DNA of 64,000 nucleotides from assembly GCA_000934665.2 (NCBI GenBank), contig KZ538522.1, positions 1-64,000 on the forward strand. Reading direction: 5' to 3'. Source of the DNA: Catajapyx aquilonaris (Eukaryota). The translations under genes and the position numbers were made by a program. Below are positions 24,301 through 37,997 of this stretch, piece by piece. The notes below the pieces were generated by a model. It saw only the letters and a list, made by a program, of their open reading frames with translations. It was not told the DNA's origin and made no database searches. Position 1 is the stretch's first letter, and each line of letters begins with the position of its first letter.

Positions 24301-27300
24301 TGCAGCTCCTGACGTCAGTTCCAGCCGTACTTAGTAGGCATGGAAAATAACTCGGCACACCTGCGCTCAAGGGCGGCAAGAAAGTAAGGCACCCAAGCTG
24401 ACCAGTATACACCATTTAGCACTTGTTTACATCAAATTGCAGCAGATACATGGCATTGAACGAGGTGGGAGGTATGACTCTATTGGAGTACATTGTGTAT
24501 TTTTTTAAAAACGAAATACCAAGTAAGCATCGGCACGTGACTAGAAAAAACATATCACCTTGACGGAACAAGAGGCGGAAAATTTTCATAAACGCGAGCC
24601 ACAAAAACCATGGCAGATCCATTTAAAACCGTGTCCTTATGCAGGTGTAAAATTGACCAATTACTTTTTTATATAACCGACGCAACGCCTGCTTGTTTTC
24701 TAAAGACCACGGCTCAATGTGAAATTATGCACTCCGGCATGTGAAGGCCACCACGACACTGACTCACGAGGAGCGCCCTTAAATGCAAGTGCGGGTAATA
24801 TCCTTTGTCAACGATTAGATATTGTGCAGATTCGCAGGTGAAGGTCACTCCAACCTGGCGACCAATGTCCCCTAAACCAGCCTATACTCGGCGTGGAATG
24901 TGCACGAGGACTGCTTGTCATGCCAGACACCGTCCCTATAAGCTCACTCAACCCACCCATCAGTGCTGAGTTCCATGGGTATATCTTTGTTTTCACCCAC
25001 ACCGTTTTTTGACAAGAAAAAATTGCGACCTTCCCTCCCCACACTGTTTAGGCCTCGTTTAACCGAACAAACGAGACCCCCCTCTTTTTATACACACGTG
25101 CAGGCAATCCGGGCACGGATATTGAAGGGATAAATAAGATGCCCTCCGGGGTGGGTATGCTGCACAAGTGTGGCTGGGTACGTATTCTGTGCACTGCATG
25201 GCGGGGGGCTCTATATACAGCGAGGAATCAATATTTCCATATACGATGCAGAGCAGATGAGGAGCAATGAACTTGGTGGGGGGTGCAGAGCGGCACCCTG
25301 AAAACATCAGACCCAAAAGAGACCAAGGAAGTGAATTGGAATGTTAAGGCTGACCAAAGGCAATCACCTGCCATAAAACTATCTTGTTATCAGCACTGAG
25401 GAATTACACGAGGGGGAAAAAAAACTTGCAATTATTGGTTATCCAACGGTTGTAAACCTCAGGTGGAAACAAGTCGTATGATTTGAGTGAGTGTTGCCAA
25501 AAATCGCGAAGATTTTTGAAAAAAGATTGCGGTTCCACCTCCAGACGTTTCCGATAATTTACTCAATATTGGCAGTGAACTTGTGACAGAGATTAATGAG
25601 CGCCGACTTGATAAGCATTTTCATTTGTCTCCAAGCGGCTGCAATTCACGTCGCTAATGGAAAAATGTCGTCGGGCGGCCAGCTGGATCTCAATCCCTTT
25701 TCACGGCTCGCATTACAAGCGCAAACCGAGAAGCTTTATGGGCGGGCATGGGAAGAAGAAGAAGAAAAAAAAGTCTCCTTATGGGCCACCCTCTCCGGAA
25801 GTCTTTAAAAAAAAGCGGAAGATGTGGGTTACCACTCAAGAAACATTTTGCTCTTCGCTGACTCTCAACCAAACCTTGATGGTCAGCAATTTTGTAAATC
25901 TGTAAATTATTTCAAGCCATTCGTGCGTCAAAAATGTGCACACTTTTTGAGCAAAACCTCATTTTCAATTGCGGTGACAAATCGACAGAATTTTTTAAAA
26001 AAATGGTACAACCACTGGTTCTAAATTTTGAGGAAATGCAAGCAAATTCAGCAGCGTTTTTGGCTCCCTCGGAGCCTGAATTTATATCAAAAAACGCAGC
26101 CTGGATAAGCGAGCCAAGTTTCTCATCTCGAGTCGCGTCATTTTGAGACAATTCGGGTGCCAAAAGTGTCGCGGAAGACCATCTAAAAAGACCTCGTCAT
26201 TAAGCCGGTGTCAGCAGGAGCTGGCATTACCATTCCATTTTCATTCTTCCGGACAGAGTTATGCCATGAATCCACGGTGTTAGGGGCTGTTACCCCCAAC
26301 GTGTACTCACTTACGGAATAATAGCCCCGTGCAGGACGAGTCCGGCTGCCTTCCCCACAATTTGTGTCTGCCGCATTTGAAAGCCCATATCAACAAGGTT
26401 CTCTCTCTCTTTCCCCCCCCCCCCTNNCCCCCCCCCCCTTCTCTCTTTTATATATCTCTCCCTCGTCGCCATACCACATTCCAGGCACTTTTTCTTATTC
26501 TGCATATGACCATGGGCTTACCCACACTAGGATGCATTTTCCTTCTTCCTTACAATATAGTTCCGCTGGAAAAAAGGCATCGCCCATATTTACATAAACC
26601 TCCCACTATTATATGCTGACATGTGCAACATTATGCTCCAATTAGTTCTGAGCAGACATTTAAAAAGTGGTTCTGAGCAGATGACTGTCAGAGGCTGGAG
26701 GGCAGATGAAGCAAACCTCCCGTTTAAAGTGCAAAAAAGTAGCTAATTTAAATGAAAAGTCTCGACTAGCACGTTTAAATTATGGACCAGTAAAACTCCA
26801 ATTAGTTAAAATTTATGTGCAACATTTTAATTTCCCTTTTTTTCAAACCTATACAAGTAAACCGTTATTTCCCGAAAACGCGTACCTCTCAGAACATACA
26901 AAGCAATAAAAACTCAGCATGTTCTCGATGCAGAGTAGCCAATAGAAAATTCCCCCAGGGTGAAATAAAGTGATTGAATATTGCTGCGCTCAGGAGCAGT
27001 TTCCATGCGGGTCATGCAATCACTGAGTCATCCAAAAACGCACGAACATAATGAGAAAAAAAAGTGTATCGTACTATTCTGCATTCCAGTTGCGAGGAAT
27101 CCTCCCGGGGGAACACAAAAAAAGTCAATAACTCCACGCAAGCAGGAATATTGCATATGACATTCCGGACCTTTGTCCTGCGATTGCTTCTCCGTCGGAT
27201 GAAAAGGGCTACGAAATATTCTTGCAAGCGAATGACAAGGAAATTCCTGCAAATAATGGGAAGGTGTCTCTGCCAGTTACAACAAACTCCCCCCTGATGT

Positions 27301-30300
27301 TAACTTGCTCCTTATCAGCATCCCATTGAACCCGATAGACCAAGGGGGGCCAATTAATAGGAGACCAAACTTCCCGAAATGTCCTCGTTTTTTGTGTCCG
27401 ATCAGACGTCCTCTCCAGCCAGCCACCGCAGGAAAGACTCATTTGACTCACCTTCCTTCTCACGGATGCAGCGAGTTCCTAACATAATTTCTTGTTGGCT
27501 CTCGGGGGGTCCCCTCCCATCCTCCTTCCCCTCTCCTCCTCCTCTTCTTTTTCCATGGACCCAATTTATGGCTTCACCTCCGCGTCCCCAAGGCTGGAAA
27601 ACAATAGGCTTGCAAGCTCCCCCACAGCTTTGTCTCCGCTTTGGGACCCACCTCATGGCAAGCCTTTCCCCCTCCGTTTTCCACTTTCATAAGTTCTGGA
27701 GGCCCACCTATATGCACAGCTAGAGAGAGAGGAGGCCCATGACTCATAAATATTCTTCTGCCTCCTAAGCTCCGGCTTTTCATTTCCAGGCAGAGATCCA
27801 CCGGAGCAATACTCAGCCTGTTTGGGCTTCCAGTCAAAACTGTAAATGTCTCCATAAATTGATCCGCCTCTGTATTAGCTCCAGGCGGAGTCCTTGCACC
27901 CTTGTAATCATACAGGTTGTTTACAGACCTTTCGCAGAAATATATTTTTTGCCTCGTGGAGGATACGCCGAATTTCCAGTCTCTTTTACACCCAACCCTT
28001 AAAATGCAATTGGCTAATACACACCTGGATATCCTCAAACAATATATACGACACATCCATAAGACGTAACGTTTATAGCTCCCCCCATGCAGGTTCTTCT
28101 TTGCTCCGATCCGCGCAGTATAGATCCGTGAAAATCATGGGTATTGGTAGAGTAATTTAGAAAGTGTGGAGGTTGAAAGGAGCCAGTAAAGCGTGCACCA
28201 AAACTAAATTTCAGCATCCATTTCCCTCCCCTGCTGCTCATCCTGAAAGTTTACTATGAAAGCCCCCAACCCCGGGAGCACCAGACGCCTTTTCTTTCCT
28301 GCTTCCTTCCATTCTCCGAGCTTCATCATCATCCCTATTCCCTCCTCGTCAACCCCTCCCCTTCTTCCTTGGTTCCTTCCTTCCTTTCCCTCTCTACAAG
28401 GAATGCCCAAACACCCATGCTCTGACTCACTTCGCCGCATTGTGTCTGCCGTGCATGTTATTACCCAGGCTAAAAAAAAAGCTCTAAAGATAGACGCGCA
28501 TTCCAGCACTATCGCGAAACCCAGGCAAGTTTTCGCAAATGACAGCAGCGCATGAATATTACGACGCAGATGTTGGGAAAGCTTCCAGGCAATTTGGACA
28601 TCCCCATCCCTTCTTCCCAAATCCATGGCAACCGGGGGGCCATGCTCCGAAAGAGAAAACAAACCAAAAAAAAATCAACCCCCCCTCCATTCTGACAAAA
28701 TGTCGCCAAAAATTATGCATATGTGTATGTACCGACTTGGAGACAGGACATTATGGAAATATCTGAACTGTCCGTTTTCTGCATAATTTCACATGTCTCC
28801 AACCAGTTACTAGATGTTAAGTAGAAATCAAGCAGAAAACAAACACATGCGCTTGGACCTTTTAATTTTAAAAAATCCTGTCCATATATAGGACATACTG
28901 CATATTTCCCCCCCCCCCCTCCCTATATACCTTCACTGCAACATGTCGCCTGAAGGGAAGACCAGTGGAGGGATTGGGGAGGGGAGACTCACGATCCTGC
29001 CTCTGAATCTTCCCCCCTTACCAAACTTCTCCAGGGCAAAACGTCATTTGGGAAAGAATGGAGATGTAGTGCCAAACTAACTGTTAATCCCGCGCCACCT
29101 CATTTCCTGCACTTTATTTGATAAACAAGATTACGTCACTTGATCCCAATCTCTCGTGGAAGGAAGGGAGAGAGAAAAAAATTGTATATATCCTGAGAGG
29201 TAGATAACCAGCCCAACGTTGACAAATGGGTTGCAGCATCGCAAGGATGCCGGTTTGTAATGCAATGATCAATCAAGATACCTTGTTCAGAAAGGCGTCG
29301 TATTGATAGGAGGGATAGTGGGACGAGGGAGGAAGGCGGGGGTGGTGGGTCAGACCACCTCCGGGAAGGATCGCAGATAAATGGCGAGAGTAGGGGTCGG
29401 AGAAGCATCCGGTCCCAAGATGAATGTGACGGGCCGGAGTAAATAATTGAGAAAGGCGAGCTTGGCCCCCGGACTTTGCCACCGGCGCACGAGGTGCCAG
29501 GATTAACTTTCTTTTCGTCCAAAATGGGACTGGGAGAACACCTAGCGTTTCCTTGCGACTAACGGAAAGGATTACATTACTCCACGGTTTCTCCTCAAAT
29601 CATCCACCTTATGTTCTCACCCTTCAGAATTTTACGATCGAAAACCACGCAAAGGGTGGAAAAAAAGTGTATGTGCCAGGATGTACAATGACACGTTGTA
29701 ATGTTACAAAAAAATACAGTATCCAACTAATGTGTATGCCTATAGACAAAAAGCAATGTGCAAGTTCTGTGACGTACAAATGTGTCGTAAATGCCAACTA
29801 ACTGGCAGAGTAGATGTGGCAACTAAGCCGAATCCATAGAGTGTTGAGGCGGCTTGCTTGCGGCTCCTTTCAAAAACACCCGAGTCTGGTCCCTTGTTAC
29901 CCAAGCGTACCCGAGGGTCCTACGCTGGTGGGCCCGTATCAACCCAACGCAGTCTCAGTAGGTTGAAGACTGGTATTCTCATCGCAGCACTACTGTTTGT
30001 TGACCCTCCAATTAGTACTCATTAAACGTGAAAATCCCACGCTCCTCGTGCGTTTCACCTAGTTCGTCCTCAACAACATGGGTCGAAAACAGATGCTTCA
30101 GTCTCGACCGATCTGCATTTTCTTGGTCCGGAAATGAGAAAAAGGGTGGGGGGGATTCGAGAAAGGCGAACCTAATTTCCCTCACGAAGCTGTGCAGCTC
30201 TAGTTGGGTGACCGGTTACCTACTTTCGCCTCTTCCATCTCGTTAACGCGCTTATCCCATTACAACTCCTAATGCCCGCCGATGCCCACAAAAAGGAGCC

Positions 30301-33300
30301 AAAATATCGCGTTGCTTCACTGGCTCAGGAAACCAGAGCGAGAAAAAGCCTGGAGAGAGAGAGCTGGTAGGAAAAAAAAGCGACAATATACTACACCCAA
30401 GCGAATGCTAGAAAATTGGACGGTGGTCCGACCGCAAAGCTAGGATTTAATTTCAGGGCAAGACACGGCGCATCATATTTTTCACCATGCCCGTCTTGAG
30501 GATTAATTGGAAGAGTCGGGTTTTTGCAAATAAATGAAACGCAGGGTCGTAAGCTGTGCTCCACTTATTGCATGCTTCTGAGTCCCTCACGCGATGCACC
30601 AACTACTTTTAGTGTCCGGGATTTCTTATCGACGTTTGCAATATCGAGAGCAGCACACACGGGCCATTACACAGTCTAATTTAGATAAGCCTACACTTTT
30701 TTAAAGCGCAAAATGTGTACAGATAGTGTCGAATTTGTGGTGCATAAAAGTAACACTCGAATATGTAGAGTACAAATGGATTTAATTTAAAGCTTCAAAC
30801 TATTTCCGTCGACAGCACCGGCTTCACCCTCTATAGAATCCAATTTCAAGATCACTTTCACGCTTCGATCCTCCCCAGCGTGAACCCGGGCTTGGATACC
30901 CCGCGTACAAACGTCGCTACACCCAAACTCAAAAGCAACACGAGAAGCAATCAGTCACACGTCCCACTCAGCTAGGAAGTACAGCACGCGTACAGTACAC
31001 AAAATGCATGGAATCAGTGTACTGACAGGTACACATTTTCCCACTTTTGCGACCTTTCACTTAGATTACACTTTTGTAAATTGAACTGGCCGTAATGACA
31101 AAACAAATAGAGTGCCATTCTTTTAAAATTATAGCCGGGCAAAAAAAGGCCACTGGCCTCCAAGGTACCTTCTCTTCTCTTCCCCACCGTTGCATTTGCA
31201 TAACAAAAAAAGTTGAGCACAATAGCCCTGCCCAGCCAGTTCCCCAAGGAAGAGATATGCAAAAAAAAACAAAAAAAACCAAAGACACAGGAGGCAGGCG
31301 CCAACCTGTTGGGGACTTGTTTTGCATACCCAACCCCAAACCTCCTTGCCTTTGACCTTCCCAACACACAATGTATCAACCGGGCTTCACATATCCACAT
31401 GTCAACCCACACTACCAAAAAGCTTATAGGAGTCTTCTTTCAACCGAACCTCACAGCCTTTTATGTCCGCATCCGCAAGGGAATAGCTGAGATAACTCAC
31501 CCCGCAAGACCATAAAACGAGTGCGACAGGCATTTTGGTTTGCACTCCGGTAGCAAATATTCTAGTTACAGCCCGTTTATATTGCGTCGGTTACCATTTC
31601 AGCCAGACCACGGACGGTGCAACTTTCTTGTCGGTCCAAAAGTCATGTAGTTACACAACTTACGTTCATTGCCATGTTATATCGCACTGGGAGACAGGAT
31701 TTACGACCTAAAGTTATGAATAATCTGCTACATAAGCGACAACGTATGCGATGAAACAATGATATCTTAGCACTGTCATGTGTAAAGTGTCGCACAGTTG
31801 TCAAGATCATATCCAGAAATTCTAGCTCGCAGACAATATTGCGCGATCCCCTTTAACAATGTTGTCACATATACGGGAGCGAGACAATGCGGTACGTTCA
31901 AATCTATTGGATTTCACGCACTTTTGCGGCCTGTCGTGCCGTGTATCATATTATTGCATTTGACAGTAAATTGCAGATACACACCGCAGCGGGAATTTAT
32001 CCCCCGAAGAGCTGTCGCTGCCATAACTCCTCCCGGACTGAAATGCACACCGCGGGTTAACTGTCTTCGTACACATGCAAGCCTTCATTTTATAGCCTCG
32101 AACCTTACTGTTGGCCATGTTTCGTACTTAGAGTCAATTCAAAGGGGTGAGATTAAAATCCTACAGCATGGGCTACGACATCAATGAGCCATCACTTACG
32201 AACGTGGTAGGCGGATCACTCACCTTACAAGTTTTCGCGAAAAAGGTGTAAAAACTTTTTTTTTCCCATTGCCAAAACAGCCGAGTCACTGTAAACACGC
32301 TGCGACCACACCGAAGCAACAACTCCTTCCCATTTTTTTCGGGTGAATCCAAACACACTATTACGAGCTTGGCTGCACAACCGCCTTGGAAATTTATACC
32401 GGCGGAACATTGTGTTTCCCCCCNCCCCCCCCCACCACCACCAACTGCGACTCCCATGTTTTTCAAAGAATGGAAAGCAACAAATTAGGCTCGGCTAATC
32501 TTCCGCCCTCAGAACCGTCGCTCAACAGAAATCTGATGGTCTATTCAACCAGCCCCCTAGTATTTTTGTGTGTGTCTCGAAACATATAGTTCCGGGCTTG
32601 TAGCTAATGGGTGCAACTGCAAATTTCAAAACATTTCCAGAGGCTCGCCCCACAGAGTATTCCAAGTAACCTGAAACAACAATACAGCCCTTGTTTTCTC
32701 CCAAACAATCTTAAATGTTAGCCATTTTTTTCCCCAGCTACTACTGTGGGCGCATGAAACGAGCCCTTCATTTTTGGGAAATAAATCCTCTCTATAGCAT
32801 CCGCCCCTACAATGCACCACCGCCCGATATGAAATTACGCAATGAAAAACTGTTTACTCGCGCGGACGTATAGTCGCAGCAGGGTAAATTCTGTGGGAAC
32901 TATTGCGGCGGGGACCTGTCAACACGACTGTAGAAAATGGTTCGCTTGTCAATCATAATCACATTATGTGATCTGGTCCCCGGGAAATGGGATGGATAAA
33001 GTCACCATCGCTGGGAAATATATATAAAAAAACTAGCTAACGCGTGGACAGGCGATAACCATCGGAGCATGAAAGGGCACCAATTCTATGTACTATTTGT
33101 CACCTGGTTTAATCATTATACGAGTACTTAAAGCTTCAACACCACTTTTGTCTTATACTCTCTACAGTATAAATCCAAAACCTCCATTCCTCCCCTTCAA
33201 AAAAATTGGGAAAAGAGGGGGACGTAGAGAGAAAAAAATCCCAGCTTCACTTTTGTCAACTTTTCCCCGCCTCATTTTTTATTCTGTTGTGGAACTTGAC

Positions 33301-35179
33301 TTTTCGACATTTATTACGTTTGCCTTCCCTTTGAAGTTGGTGGAGAGCGAAGAATGAGGGTCCCTTGAGAGAACCACAAAGAATCTCTGGTAGACCAACA
33401 TTTCCCACCTACCTCACCCTGGTGTCAATTTCAGTCAAATGTAGCCATGTCTCCACTTATGCATAGCAAAGGAAAATTCTGGAAAGAAATCCAAGCTTTC
33501 TTTTCTCTTTGAAGGAAATAATTTGGAACCAGTTCAACCATTTTTTTTAAAGTTGCGCAGTAACACGCGATTTGTCCAGGACCATGTACCTACATGTTCG
33601 ACCTCGAGCGTTCCGGTGGCAGACAGAATTAACTGTTGCAATCATAGACGTCCTACTAAGACTATCCATCCGTCCCCCGGACTCCTAATCTAAAGTTGGC
33701 TCACGTTTTTCTGCAATCTCCGCGACTTTCCAAACTGCCCAATCACATGCAATCACAGCACTTTTAGTATTCTTTGCCCCAGCTCAACTCCTAAGCTATT
33801 TAGGACTTGAGTCCCCCCTAGCAGTAGAGTCTGGATCAATATTCGTTACCGACTAACAATATTTATTATAATTACGCAACTCGAGTACAATTTACTGCAA
33901 AAGTTTCGGAGACGAAATTTTCCCACGGGTGTGATGACGGCGCAATTTGGCGTTATTGCGGCGTCCAACAGGTTATCTGCGAAATAAGTGCAGATGAGAG
34001 AAGAGGAGGGGGGAGGGGGTTTACCCTGGGAGAGATTGCAATAAAAGTAGCGCGCAGGAATTAGGCTCTTTCGAAGATAATTCCTTCTTTTATTGCCGGC
34101 AACTGCGACAAAGATTTACGCCCTGCCTTTCCCTGAATCCCTCAACTTCATCAAATGGCCAGCCCCTCTTCCTTCAGTATTCCACCTCTTCTGCCACATA
34201 CCCACTCCCCAAAAAAGTCCTTCACTTCCTTTTTGGGGGGAATGGGACACAAATTATGGTGCCGGCGGCCGCGCTTGTTAAACCAGTCCATTATGTATGG
34301 AATCCGTGAAACGCAAGTCATTTCGTCGCCCATTACCCTCTACAGAGTTGCACTTGGACCTATCCATCCATTCTGCGGATTCTTATACAGCGGAAACCTG
34401 TTTTGCATCCAGCCGGTACGCGAGCATTCTGGCGCCCCATTATACATAAAATGGCAAAACTTACATAAATTAATAGCTTTCGGCCGTAATGGCGGTAATG
34501 GACCGATACTTGCGCAGTCATATTGTGCGGGCGCCCACTAACTCGACGACTAGTCTCATGCCACAAAATGTGCTATTAACAGTGCTATCTCTGTTCTTGT
34601 GTTCATGATGGAGGCTGCATAGAGTAGCTCAAGATGCGGGGTGAATCAACGACCTAACAGCATTAGCTGGCTTGAAACCTAACTGCACACAAAAATTAAT
34701 TACAGGCAATAAAATGCTAGGTATTAATGTTATGCAATTGGGCGAATCAACAGCGCAAGTTGGGTTGCTAATATCTCAGGATAACCTGAAGGTTGTTGAC
34801 TTCAACTTGTTTTTCTGTTGGACAGGATATTGCATGAGTTGTTCGGTAATAACATTTTTATCCTTGCACATGACAGGCGGCAATTTCCACTTGACGCGTC
34901 AGTGCAATTTCAATGATGTTGATATGTGCATTCGGAATTGTGTTGGAATATTTAAAACAGTCTTTGTATGAGTGATGCCGTATATAAACATCATTTCCCG
35001 AAGCTGACAGGTTTCAGATAAAATTAATTTCACATTCAAAAACGACAATGCAACGTAAGTGAAAAATGTTTCCGCTTGCCCCAATACCAACAGTTCATTT
35101 CATCAGTCGCTGCAGCAAAAACATTCATATTTACCTTTTACTCGCAGGTGGAAGCAGCCCCAGAGCAGCGAAATGGAAC

Positions 35180-35215
35180 ACTCACCTATAAAGATAGAAA
35201 ATATAGATTAGAGCA
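35180..35215 (-). other. Candidate recursive splice site (zero-length exon), junction 35186/35185
   Basis: The minus strand reads ctCTAATctatattttctatctttaTAG|GTGAGTg. This gives a branch-point-like CTAAT about 22 nt upstream, a pyrimidine tract, an AG-free zone of about 35 nt and a consensus donor directly after the AG. Confidence 0.45.
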
Positions 35216-37343
35216 TGTAGCCTATAGACCGTACAAAAGTGACAAGCCCAAAGTGGGCATTCGACGATAACACCATTAATAATGAAGCAGGCTTCCCCCA
35301 GCGTGACTGCTCTCTCACAAAATGTCCCGGTTCAAACAACTGCCTTACAGATTCTAAGCTTCATCAGACGCGAAACATCGGATTAAACGGATTAAAACTA
35401 GCACGTACGATTAGGCCACTTCTTGCGAGCTCCGCCAGTTGGAAAGAGCCTCGAGATGATCAAAAAGACGAGATCAATGGGAAAACGGGAGCGCCAAAGC
35501 CTAATATGACATGTAGCGAAGAATTTTAAATTCCATATTATGAAAAAGGGGGGTGGGCTTCAAAAGAAATGGATCCCTCCTAAAAATAGAAAAAAGGGGC
35601 AATATAACCGAGAGGGATAAAGCTGAGCTACCCAGATACATTTTTCCTCCGTTCATCGATCACACCACAATCTGCCCTAATTCCAGTCCTGTCTCCCCCT
35701 GCGTGGCAAAGGATGGACAAAGGCTCAGTCCTGTGATTAATCACGCGCGGTGCCAACCCCCATTGTGAACCATCAGCCATTGTAGTACATCGGGCACAAC
35801 GATTGGACTTTTAAGGCTGTTGGAGGCCGGGGGCAAGGGCCAAGAAGGTTCCGGAGGTCTTACCACTCTCATCACTAACCCGGAACAAGAGTAATACCCT
35901 CCTATTCAAATCCAGACTAGCCCCCCTTCAGGTACTGTATATACCGGATAATGACTCTTGAGTACGATTCATTGCCCGACTCGCAAATGCTAGTGTACAC
36001 TAAGTCATGAGATTACTGGAGAGTATGTTAAAACCAGAAAAAAGTTATATGGACCACATTTTTTTGCACGACTCAAGTTCTGTCACAAGGTCGCATATTT
36101 ACCAGCGAAGAGTTTTAATGCTGCTGCCACATCCTTTAGGAAAGTTTTGATTGATGAGGTGCGCCTATCCCGAATTGGCATAATATTTTTAAACTGTTTA
36201 CCGAAGAGTCAATAACTAACTTTTTTCCCAGCAAAATGACCTTAACGATAAGTCAACTTGCTCATAATTTTCTCAGAAGCTCGCATTAATAATTCTTTGC
36301 TTTGGAAGTACATTCTAGGGACATTTAAATAATTCGGTATTGCGGGCTCCTTTGAATTAACTTGGAATTTTATTCCACTTTGTCACAGTCGTGCCGAATT
36401 ATAATTATTTAAAGGGTGTGGTCGAATTAAACAGCTGCAGGTTCATTAATACATTCACATGTTATCTCACCCGAGAGCCACACCATCAGGGATGGTGCTT
36501 CAGAAAAATAGGCGTTTCCTAAATGCATTTGGCTGGCTCTTTTGGGCCAGCAGGCCCAAGGAATTCGTAATGAAATGCGGGTCATTTCCAACTGAGGCAA
36601 CGGCAATGCCAAGCAAGAAGGACTCGCGCAGCAGTTTACGCTTCATAATTAGACTATAAGCGACTAACTAGTTTCCGTAATGGATCAATTTGCTTGAAAG
36701 CCCAATCCCAATGAATTACAGGGGAGGGAGAAAGTCGGTGCCATAAAGAAACTACGACGCCGAGTTGTCAGCTCTGCAACTGTGCACGGGGAAAATGATG
36801 GCCTCATATTTCTTGCCCATTCAATCGCCCAGTGATGAATGGTGGAAATATTTTTTTTTCCAGAGAGCGAGAGATACACCGGGGCTTTGTTGCTGGGAAT
36901 CCAGAATGGAGAAACAGGTCGCGGGGAAACTGCAAAGCTCCGGTGTAAAATAATTTACACGGAGTCCAATTTTTAGGCTCTCCTGCGGGTATAGTCAGGT
37001 CTGCCACAGCGGGGGAAGCCCAGTATGCACACACCCACACACACAAAAAACCGGGCCTTAAACTAACTTGCGAGCCAGTTTAGCCATTTAAGCCAAGTCG
37101 GTAATCCAATTAAGAATTTCGTTTAGACTAGGGAGAGTGACAGGCAAGGGAGCTCCAGCCCTAGAAATCTGTCCGGATCCACAGACAATGGAATTACGCG
37201 ACATGTTCGGGTTTCCATCCAGTGTCAGAATATGCCCATTCTTGTGGGCCTCCAACTGTCAGGTCGGGTCTGGCCCTCTCCATCCGAATCTGTCAACACC
37301 AGTCTCCTTCCGCAACATGACGCCAGTACGTGCCTTGGGCCTG

Positions 37344-37390
37344 ACTTACCTGCAAACATATATCCAGAAGCAGGGGATTGGAATCGAAAA
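37344..37390 (-). other. Candidate recursive splice site, junction 37350/37349
   Basis: The minus strand reads ttttcgattccaatcccctgcttctggatatatgtttgCAG|GTAAGTc. The donor is a perfect GTAAGT and the AG-free zone is about 60 nt, but the pyrimidine tract is only moderate. Confidence 0.4.
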
Positions 37391-37979
37391 ATTTGACAAG
37401 GGGAGGAAATGTCTGAATCAGCGCTGTTTAAGCCTGGCCTCCCCATGAGAGGGTATATATAATATAGGTCTGGGTGTTGGAGTAATATTATTTTGGGAAG
37501 TGCATTCGTAGCTAACGAGTCATTCTGCATCCGAGTTTCCTCTCTGGCGCAGCTTCACAACAGAACCAGCAGCAGAGAGTCGGCCAAAGTTTGGCGACGA
37601 ATAATCAGGCAGTTTGAAGCCGCCTGGAGTTTAATTTCGGAGCGAGTGTACCATAACGAGAGCGCCTACTTGCCTTAGCATACACCCTATCTTATTAGGC
37701 AGAAGCGAGCAGGCGGAAACTCTGCCAAGATATTTGGCTTCACTGGAAACGACTTGCTTGTTTCACTCCATTTTCGTCTCCAGTCAACTCCTGTTGGCGC
37801 CCAGGATAAATTAGCCCGGTCGAATTTGCAGCGCCTCCCGGCCTTCCCCACTCACTACCATTTTTACCCATGCAATTAGGGAAATTGACGCTATCTCCGG
37901 ATCACGATTCTATTTTAACAAACTGATTAACTTAAATGGAATCGTAATTGCATTAATTAGAATCTCTACGATTGGGAAG

Positions 37980-37997
37980 CTGCTGCTGCTGCTGCTG
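37980..37997. repeat. (CTG)6 microsatellite
   Basis: ctgctgctgctgctgctg read directly from the sequence. Confidence 0.85.
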
